Shown: positions 1-6,042, numbered from the stretch's first letter. The stretch is 10,655 bases of DNA from a virus (IMGVR_UViG_2690316115_000011:1-10655), one strand, 5' to 3'. Numbers and translations are program-made. Notes: generated by a model from the letters alone, not told the origin.

Positions 1-69
1 ATTTTCAAGAACCGTTCTGACAGCTTCGGCTTTGAACTCTTTAGAGTAACGTTGGGTTTTTCTGCTCAT
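1..69 (-). CDS. IS3-family transposase OrfA, N-terminal fragment (continues past left edge)
   Basis: The reverse complement of 1..69 translates to MSRKTQRYSKEFKAEAVRTVLEN, a typical IS3-family OrfA N-terminus/HTH start. I recall it as IS600-like, from memory only. AAGGAG (plus-strand ctcctt, 76..81) lies 6 nt upstream of the ATG at 69..67. Confidence 0.75.
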   Translation of the reverse strand, partial: MSRKTQRYSKEFKAEAVRTVLEN

Positions 70-133
70 TATTAGCTCCTTCTGATGCCATTCTATTTCA
101 GGAAGGAGTGTCCGTTAAACTCAGGCTACCTCA
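1..133 (-). mobile_element. Terminal part of an IS3-family insertion sequence (outer end at about 123 or 133)
   Basis: An OrfA start plus leader. On the minus strand the element would begin TGAGGTAGCCTGAGTTTAACGGACAC (from 133) or TGAGTTTAACGGACAC (from 123). Both start with the TG typical of IS3-family inverted repeats. The exact terminus cannot be fixed without the other end. Confidence 0.6.
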
Positions 134-814
134 GAATGCTTTCCCTACAGATTCAGCCAGGCGACTAAGGTGATAGTTCGTCAGTTTATCCAGTTCATGA
201 TGCGCGGCGCGCACAGCAGTAAGCAGGCTCTGAAGGTAACTGTCCTCTGTGTCCATCTCCATACGGATCACGTTATTGCGTTGTTCTGGTGTGGCATGAT
301 GCCGGTATTTTCCATCTTCATCTTTGCTGAATAAGAAGAGGTGAAGGAAGCGATGAGTAAGGCTCAGAGTGGCGACGGGAATTTCACACTCAGAACAGTC
401 ATCGTCGCTGTCCGGGGATTCGTTTTTCTCCACATCATCCGGAATAGTTCCGTCCGGGTCATCGTTGTCATCGCCAGCAGTTGTGGCATCTTCACCGTTG
501 ATGTTGTCATTGAAGGGTATAGCCATCATGGTGATGCCATCTTCCCCGCCTTTTTCATAGCGGTTGCAGAATTCAGTATCAAACACGCCTTCCGGTGGAA
601 GGTCATTCACGACGGGGAAATTTACGCGAACGGGTTTTTTGAAATCATCCTCGTCGTAGCCTGCATCGTCCATGGCTGCAATGCAGCGGGAAACTGCGAC
701 AGAAAGTTTTCTGGCATCAGCCCAGAAAAAACCGCCTTTGATGCCAAGGCGTTTTCTGACTTTATCGTTTTTTGCTTCGCAGTGTAGTGCAAAAGTCTGT
801 TTATCAGCGCTCAT
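131..814 (-). CDS. Hypothetical pL-operon protein with a strongly acidic central region (227 aa)
   Basis: A long ORF in the same orientation as the N operon. AGAGG lies about 10 nt upstream of the ATG. The central D/E-rich tract is NGEDATTAGDDNDDPDGTIPDDVEKNESPDSDDDCSECE. I recognise no family. The stop codon (131..133) may be supplied by the IS terminus. Confidence 0.7.
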   Translation of the reverse strand: MSADKQTFALHCEAKNDKVRKRLGIKGGFFWADARKLSVAVSRCIAAMDDAGYDEDDFKKPVRVNFPVVNDLPPEGVFDTEFCNRYEKGGEDGITMMAIPFNDNINGEDATTAGDDNDDPDGTIPDDVEKNESPDSDDDCSECEIPVATLSLTHRFLHLFLFSKDEDGKYRHHATPEQRNNVIRMEMDTEDSYLQSLLTAVRAAHHELDKLTNYHLSRLAESVGKAF

Positions 815-888
815 TGTATTTAAACCTCTGGCTGGATTAGAATTAGAGGCCCTTTGTCTGATTTCTCCGAATACGGTGACGCAGGGAG

Positions 889-921
889 AAATCCGGTAGC
901 CTGCGCTGCCGGATTTTTATT
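889..921. terminator. Putative bidirectional-type hairpin terminator between the 128 aa and 227 aa ORFs
   Basis: AAATCCGG (889..896) pairs with CCGGATTT (909..916) around a 12 nt loop. It is followed by TTATTT on the plus strand and preceded by an A-run, so it is U-rich on both strands. It overlaps an alternative hairpin at 860..893. Confidence 0.4.
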
Positions 922-1308
922 TCAGTGGAAGGTTGCCTGGTTTGCTGTTTTGTGAGTTGTTTTTCCCTTTTCGTGCTGGCATTCAGAGCAGTCGCACTCA
1001 GAATTTTCTCTTGCAAATTCAAGAGCCTGCGCCAGTGTATGGATTTGTTGTGCTCCAATGTTGCTTCTGACGACTTCACATGCAGCATGAATATATGGGC
1101 TTGGTGTTTTGCCATTTAACCCACATGAAACCAAACGACTGTCTTTATATTCGTTATTTCCAACTTCTGTAAGCACTGAAAAAGAAAATACAAAGTCGAT
1201 TTTGTATTCTTTGCATATTTTACTGATGCGTTCTGCAATTTCTTTGAGTTCATTTATTGCATCAGGACTGGTTTCGGAAAATATTTCATTTTGCGCAAGT
1301 TCTTTCAT
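922..1308 (-). CDS. Hypothetical protein (128 aa)
   Basis: An ORF co-oriented with the pL operon, with no overlapping competitor of similar quality. The C-terminal Cys-rich tail is ENSECDCSECQHEKGK. The SD is weak. No family recognised. Confidence 0.6.
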   Translation of the reverse strand: MKELAQNEIFSETSPDAINELKEIAERISKICKEYKIDFVFSFSVLTEVGNNEYKDSRLVSCGLNGKTPSPYIHAACEVVRSNIGAQQIHTLAQALEFARENSECDCSECQHEKGKTTHKTANQATFH

Positions 1309-1381
1309 TTTGATTTTTCCGTGATTGATAATTAATGCGGTTTTTATTTCGGCAGATATGGAAGGTGTATTTTATTACTCG

Positions 1382-1603
1382 TCACAACGACTCTGCTTTT
1401 ACGGGTAAGCCATCGCGCCCGATGAAAACTTTAATCATGCAGTCGGTAATGCATGTTTTTGTTGTGAAGTTACGAATATAGAGTTTTCTCTTTTCAATAT
1501 TGTTTGCTGAAGCGATATATGTCCGACCTTCATGAAGAACATAATCGCCAGGCGTCACGCACTGACGTGGTATTTCATCAGTTCCGAAGTGATGAGCAAT
1601 CAT
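1382..1603 (-). CDS. Hypothetical small protein (about 73 aa; start choice uncertain)
   Basis: The ORF 1382..1621 opens with GTG. The third Met (ATG at 1603..1601) has GGAG (1610..1613 on the plus strand as ctcc) 6 nt upstream, so it is the preferred start. No family recognised. Confidence 0.5.
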   Translation of the reverse strand: MIAHHFGTDEIPRQCVTPGDYVLHEGRTYIASANNIEKRKLYIRNFTTKTCITDCMIKVFIGRDGLPVKAESL

Positions 1604-1778
1604 AATTATCTCCATTTTCACAAATGAACTTTGTTGATGCGGTGCCTGGTGCCTCCAGGTGGCGTTAACCAGTTAACAATTAACGCCGGGTCAGGGGACG
1701 ATGACTTTCCGTGACATCCTGTCGGTTTAACTGTTCCGCGTGCGCTGAGCCGCATTCACCGCATCACAAAATTCACTT

Positions 1779-1820
1779 TAAAAAGGGCGGACATCAGCAA
1801 TCGGCAAACCGATATCCGCC
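1779..1820 (-). terminator. Rho-independent terminator on the minus strand (tL-like, inside the pL operon)
   Basis: The minus strand reads GGCGGATATCGGTTTGCCGATTGCTGATGTCCGCC followed by CTTTTTAAAG. The GC-rich outer stem GGCGGATAT/ATGTCCGCC has an inner ATCGG/CCGAT hairpin and is followed by a T5 run. Confidence 0.55.
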
Positions 1821-2060
1821 AAGGGTTACACACAGCAATGTTGTTATTCACAACCGGAAGCGCACGGTCGAAGAAATCTAACGACAATCCTTCTATGGGA
1901 AAGAGTCTTCGCCTCGCGCTTTCGTGTAGTACCCTGGCTTTTCAGGGTAATGTCTGTTCAGTAAAGTGAGAGTGCCGGAACTCACCCGTGTCCGGCGCAC
2001 GATCTCCACCTCACCCGTGGAGAACTCCTCAACTACAAACCCCGTAAGGAGAGTGAATTT

Positions 2061-2270
2061 ATGACACAAGAAGAAAAAGTGATGTTTCTGATGCGGCTGG
2101 CTGTCGATACCTACAACACACAATTCAGGGAGAAAGATATACCTCAAAAGGCAGTTCCTGCCGCGGTAGATAAGGGCGGTGCTATTGCCGTATTTTACGA
2201 TGCATTTGAATCATTTTTTGATGAAAAACTCGACGCTGTTAGCGACTTCGGAACATCGAGTAATAAATAA
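2061..2270 (+). CDS. Small hypothetical protein (69 aa) convergent with the pL operon
   Basis: AAGGAGAG lies 7 nt upstream of the ATG at 2061. The sequence MTQEEKVMFLMRLAVDTYNTQFREKDIPQKAVPAAVDKGGAIAVFYDAFESFFDEKLDAVSDFGTSSNK looks protein-like and helical. It is followed by a weak hairpin plus CTTTTC at 2289..2322. Its 3-prime end overlaps the minus-strand ORF 2239..2598 by 32 nt. Confidence 0.5.
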   Translation: MTQEEKVMFLMRLAVDTYNTQFREKDIPQKAVPAAVDKGGAIAVFYDAFESFFDEKLDAVSDFGTSSNK

Positions 2271-2598
2271 CGTTCATTACGGTTCTTAAACAACAATCAG
2301 TGGGCTTGATGTTGTTCTTTTCAAGCTCACTTGCCATCACTTCCATTATTCTTGCGCTTACACGAATTATTTGGTGGCTGTAAGCGACGCAACTATCGCT
2401 GATATTGCTGTTTATTTCTATTACTTCATTTTCACTGGCGGCGCTAAATTTGGATATGCCGTTTCCATTGTCCTGTTTCAGTGCTGTTTCCGCTATCCGG
2501 ATGCGTTCCTGCGTTGCGGAATTTGGGCTAAGTCGATAAACCTGTCTGGCATCTTCCAGAAGCAGGGCGATAATGTGCTTCAGTTCTGTTTCATTCAT
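2239..2598 (-). CDS. Hypothetical protein (119 aa from first ATG)
   Basis: The ORF 2239..2619 opens with TTG. The first ATG (2598..2596) has GGAG (2605..2608) 6 nt upstream. It is co-oriented with N. No family recognised. Confidence 0.6.
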   Translation of the reverse strand: MNETELKHIIALLLEDARQVYRLSPNSATQERIRIAETALKQDNGNGISKFSAASENEVIEINSNISDSCVAYSHQIIRVSARIMEVMASELEKNNIKPTDCCLRTVMNVIYYSMFRSR

Positions 2599-2629
2599 AG
2601 TTAACTCCGGTAGTTGCAATTTATTAATA

Positions 2630-3343
2630 TCAGGCGGTCAGCTCTTTAAGCTTCTGAACTGCTTTATTCATTTCATCCATACAGTCGATGAATTCGTCCA
2701 GTTTAAGCTGCATTTTTCCGGCGGCCTGAAGGATTTCAAGTTTTAAGGGCGCAAGTTTTTTGTTGAATGCATCATCTTCCTGGCGTTTTTTCTCCGCAAT
2801 TTCGGCGGCTTTCAGCAATTCTTCAGCCTGTTTTCTGAGTATTTCTGGTGAAGGTGAAACTGCTTTGAGGTTATTCATTTCAGGTTCCTGTTGTTGCAGA
2901 ATTAATTTGTTGCATTCTCTGCGTGAGCGTTTCATTGCAGATTCGCACTTCTTGCAATAAATGGCTCTCCCGTCACGCTTGCTGGCATCTGAATAAAAAT
3001 CATTGACTGATTTTGTCTGCCCGCATCTGGTACATAATTTTGATTGAAGGTCCTTAATGATTGTGACGTTTCCTTCCCGCTTGGGATATCCATATTTTTT
3101 GTAGCGTAAAAAGGTTACTCCGTTACCAGAACCTTCTTTTCTGACCTTAAATACAATGATGCTTTCCCGTTTATCGATAAAATCTATGAGCTGGTTTCTC
3201 TCCTTTCCTGACAGTTCGGCAAATGTCTTAACTTTTTTAGTAACTTCCGTAAGGCGAACTCCATCAGGCATTTTTTCAACGAAGTTTTTAATCTCTGCAA
3301 GCGGACGCCATAACTTTTGCGGCAAAACTGAAGGCGTGGTCAT
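2630..3343 (-). CDS. Hypothetical protein with a CxxC...CxxC zinc ribbon and a C-terminal coiled coil (237 aa)
   Basis: The ATG at 3343..3341 lies 3 nt after the N stop (TGA TTG ATG), and GAGGTGAT sits inside the end of N, which implies translational coupling. The central motif is CTRCGQTKSVNDFYSDASKRDGRAIYCKKCES. The C-terminal 90 aa are heptad-like and K/E/L-rich. Confidence 0.75.
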   Translation of the reverse strand: MTTPSVLPQKLWRPLAEIKNFVEKMPDGVRLTEVTKKVKTFAELSGKERNQLIDFIDKRESIIVFKVRKEGSGNGVTFLRYKKYGYPKREGNVTIIKDLQSKLCTRCGQTKSVNDFYSDASKRDGRAIYCKKCESAMKRSRRECNKLILQQQEPEMNNLKAVSPSPEILRKQAEELLKAAEIAEKKRQEDDAFNKKLAPLKLEILQAAGKMQLKLDEFIDCMDEMNKAVQKLKELTA

Positions 3344-3346
3344 CAA

Positions 3347-3730
3347 TCACCTCGCCGTCAGTTGTTTTGATTTCCGGTAGCCTGCCGCGTAAATGGCTAC
3401 GTTTGGAAGACATACACCAGTTTCTGGTTGCTTATGTCCAAACTCATTCGCGTACACAATGGCTGCTCGCTCCAGATTGTGTCTGTATTCTTTCTGTTGC
3501 CAGATCACGTCCTGTGCCATGAACTTAATTGGCTTAGCGTCTTCTATGCGCTCAGGCGTTTCGTGAGTACCTTTAGCCTGAATCTGCGCTCTGCTTAGAG
3601 TAGGGCGGTGTAATACTTCTGAACTTATTGCTTCTTCGCGGGCCAGCACGCCGTTAGCTAATGCCTTTGCCTTTAAACGCTCACGACGACGAGAACGTGA
3701 ATTGCCTTTGAACTGAGTTCTGCGTGTCAT
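3347..3730 (-). CDS. N: N-type transcription antiterminator, P22 gp24 / H-19B-933W N family (127 aa)
   Basis: The N-terminal arginine-rich motif GNSRSRRRERLKAKA resembles the P22 gp24 GNAKTRRHERRRKLA. The C-terminus LPNVAIYAAGYRKSKQLTAR resembles the P22 LPGVALYAAGHRKSKQITAR. It is the first gene downstream of PL, and cognate boxB hairpins lie on both sides of the immunity region. AGGAGG lies 5 nt upstream of the ATG. Confidence 0.9.
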   Translation of the reverse strand: MTRRTQFKGNSRSRRRERLKAKALANGVLAREEAISSEVLHRPTLSRAQIQAKGTHETPERIEDAKPIKFMAQDVIWQQKEYRHNLERAAIVYANEFGHKQPETGVCLPNVAIYAAGYRKSKQLTAR

Positions 3731-3895
3731 ATAGACCTCCTGATGAACTTTGGTGGTGTGGTAGGTGGGAGACCCATTTCGACCTGTTTCGGCCTACTTC
3801 AATTCGGCAATAGTCCCGCAGGCCTCGCCGCTTTACGTGCGACATATTCCCGTCCATGAACCCTTCACCACACCCCAAAGTTCACTTTGGTTATT

Positions 3896-3930
3896 GCGCT
3901 TTGTCAGCGCCGTAGATTCATATTTGAATC
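3896..3930 (-). promoter_or_regulatory. nutL: boxB hairpin (3896..3910) preceded in the transcript by a GAUUCA/UGAAUC hairpin (3915..3930)
   Basis: The minus strand reads GCGCTGACAAAGCGC, which as I recall it is identical to the P22 boxB-left RNA. Just 5-prime of it in the transcript is CGATTCAAATATGAATC, a 6 bp stem with a 4 nt loop. No CGCTCTT-type boxA is visible between PL and boxB. Confidence 0.7.
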
Positions 3931-3971
3931 GTTGTATATTCACCGCCCTGGTGAGTAGTGCGTCCTGCTGA

Positions 3972-4041
3972 TGTGTTTAGTATCACCGCCAGTGGTATTT
4001 ATGTCAACACCGCCAGAGATAATTTATCACCGCAGATGGTT
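3972..4041 (-). promoter_or_regulatory. PL promoter with operators OL1 (3981..3997), OL2 (4005..4021), OL3 (4025..4041)
   Basis: TATCACCGCCAGTGGTA, CAACACCGCCAGAGATA and TATCACCGCAGATGGTT match the lambda OL1/OL2/OL3 17-mers as I recall them. On the minus strand, TTGACA (4002..4007) and GATACT (3979..3984) are separated by a 17 nt spacer. Confidence 0.92.
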
Positions 4042-4191
4042 ATCTGTATGTTTTTTATATGGATTTATTTTTTGCAGGGTTGAGTGGCTTGGGAGGTGAT
4101 CGAGAGATCTGAATTGCGATGTTTAGTGAGTTGTATCTATTTATTTTTCAATAAATACATTTGGTTATGTGTCTTTAGGTGGGGGGGTGAG

Positions 4192-4219
4192 GCAAAGAAA
4201 ACCCGGCTCTGTGGCCGGG
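4192..4219 (-). terminator. tImm-like Rho-independent terminator ending the cI operon
   Basis: The minus strand reads CCCGGCCACAGAGCCGGGTTTTCTTTGCC, with a 6 bp GC stem (4202..4207 / 4214..4219) followed by a T-run. It lies 8 nt after the KilA-N ORF stop. The flanking sequence toward OL3 is lambda-like. Confidence 0.75.
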
Positions 4220-4227
4220 AATAACAT

Positions 4228-4989
4228 TTAGGAATCAAGGTCAGGTAGCATGATTTTCTCAATCAACGTCAATGCCCTTTGGTCTCGTTCAGCAAAATAT
4301 TTAGGAGCGTACTGAGGCAGCCACACTTCGTTGAAGTGTTGTTTGAAATCTGCAAGATATTCGTTTGGGTATAGACGTACCGGGAATGTCCGGCCATCTG
4401 GGTACTCATGGTTATATGTTGGGAATGTCTTCGGCTCAACCCCCCGGTTGTCACGGAGCCATTGCGAGAAAACCCTACCCTCTGAAATATCAGGGACCAT
4501 TTTTTCTGGCAGCGTATATCCGGCCTGTTCAAGTGGCGCAACCAAGTTAAACGTCAGTTCATTAAGCATAGAAAAGTGCGTATGAGGAACTCTGCCTCGG
4601 TTTGTCATATACCGCTTAAGGTGGATAGGGAGTTCGGCAGGCGCTCTTTCACCTGACATCCACTCACGCACCCATCTCGATACTTGCACTGCAAATTTTG
4701 GAGATAGCCACTGAGCTAAATTAATTGCGATGTCTGGATGAACCCAAGTCCCTTGATTCTCTGCTCTTCCGCCTTTAAATGATTGAATTAACTCCGATAT
4801 GGGAATCCCCATATCGCGTGATAATTCATCAAAAAAATCTTGTGTTGTTTTTAGTCGTGTATAGTCAGCAAGTAGCTTCCCCGCAGACTTGCACATCGCG
4901 GTGGCATTGATGTATCCGTCTTTGGTGCGAAGATGGATGACTTCTCCATCAACTTCTCTAGCGATTAATGCAAGTTGAAACTGTGTCAT
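4228..4989 (-). CDS. KilA-N domain protein with an unassigned C-terminal domain (253 aa), in the rexAB position
   Basis: N-terminal KilA-N/APSES-type signature: DGYINATAMCKSAGKLLADYTRLKTTQDFFDELSRDMGIPISELIQSFKGGRAENQGTWVHPDIAINLAQWLSPKFAVQVSRWV. AGGA lies 6 nt upstream of the ATG. The ORF is on the same strand as cI and starts 31 nt downstream of the cI stop. The terminator follows immediately. Confidence 0.85.
   Translation of the reverse strand: MTQFQLALIAREVDGEVIHLRTKDGYINATAMCKSAGKLLADYTRLKTTQDFFDELSRDMGIPISELIQSFKGGRAENQGTWVHPDIAINLAQWLSPKFAVQVSRWVREWMSGERAPAELPIHLKRYMTNRGRVPHTHFSMLNELTFNLVAPLEQAGYTLPEKMVPDISEGRVFSQWLRDNRGVEPKTFPTYNHEYPDGRTFPVRLYPNEYLADFKQHFNEVWLPQYAPKYFAERDQRALTLIEKIMLPDLDS
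4795..4816. repeat. Near-palindromic 22-mer CGATATGGGAATCCCCATATCG inside the KilA-N ORF
   Basis: It matches 21/22 with the perfect palindrome at 10624..10645. The 9 bp arms CGATATGGG/CCCATATCG are conserved. The flanking bases are unrelated between the two copies. Confidence 0.9.
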
Positions 4990-5020
4990 AAATCATCCTA
5001 TTACGTGAAAAATAAAACAA

Positions 5021-5737
<717 letters not shown>

Positions 5738-5744
5738 TTAAATC

Positions 5745-5810
5745 TATCACCGCAAGGGATAAATATCTAACACCGTGCGTGTTGACTGTTTTACCTCTAG
5801 CGGTGATAAT
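5745..5810. promoter_or_regulatory. OR3 (5745..5761), OR2 (5768..5784), OR1 (5792..5808) with divergent PRM and PR (PR -35 at 5782..5787, -10 at 5805..5810)
   Basis: The operators read TATCACCGCAAGGGATA, TAACACCGTGCGTGTTG and TACCTCTAGCGGTGATA. PR has TTGACT and GATAAT. This is the lambda layout, except that OR1 has A at 5799 where I recall G. Confidence 0.95.
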
Positions 5811-5834
5811 GGTTGCATGTACTAAGGAGGTTGT

Positions 5835-6035
5835 ATGGAACAACGCATAACCCTGAAAGATTATGCAATACGCTTTGGGCAAACCAAGACGGCTAAAGAT
5901 CTCGGCGTATATCAAAGCGCGATTAACAAGGCCATTCATGCAGGCCGAAAGATTTTTTTAACTATAAACGCTGATGGAAGCGTTTATGCGGAAGAAATAA
6001 AGCCCTTCCCAAGTAACAAAAAAACAACTGCATAA
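5835..6035 (+). CDS. cro: Lambda-type Cro repressor (66 aa)
   Basis: [66 protein letters not shown] is near-identical to lambda Cro. TAAGGAGG lies 5 nt upstream. Confidence 0.97.
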   Translation: MEQRITLKDYAIRFGQTKTAKDLGVYQSAINKAIHAGRKIFLTINADGSVYAEEIKPFPSNKKTTA

Positions 6036-6042
6036 GTAACAC

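Noticed and set aside
388..990. The shared pentapeptide DCSEC in the 227 aa (…SDDDCSECE…) and 128 aa (…SECDCSECQ…) proteins, as evidence of paralogy or a common metal site
   Set aside because: A five-residue match with no flanking similarity is too short to support any relationship.
341..1324. Plus-strand and out-of-frame minus-strand ORFs overlapping the 227 aa and 128 aa genes (341..787, 369..560, 672..899, 925..1119, 1109..1324; also 843..1115 on the minus strand)
   Set aside because: All are shorter than the genes they overlap and lack SDs. They would also break the co-directional pL operon organisation.
1981..2019. The direct 10-mer repeat CTCACCCGTG, considered as a stand-alone significant motif
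   Set aside because: A 10-mer recurring within about 50 nt is expected roughly 0.5 times per window by chance. It is kept only as supporting detail for the structured-region finding, because both copies occupy the same loop-to-3-prime-arm position of adjacent hairpins.
1893..2147. An 84 aa minus-strand ORF across the structured region and the 69 aa ORF
   Set aside because: It starts at TTG with no SD. It runs through the hairpin cluster. Its translation has hydrophobic/His-rich junk-like composition (…HQKHHFFFLCHKF…).
3681..3971. ORFs 3681..3878 (minus) and 3765..3971 (plus) in the PL-to-N interval
   Set aside because: This interval is the N leader, containing nutL and the long-range stem. 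Neither ORF has an SD, and one overlaps the N start.
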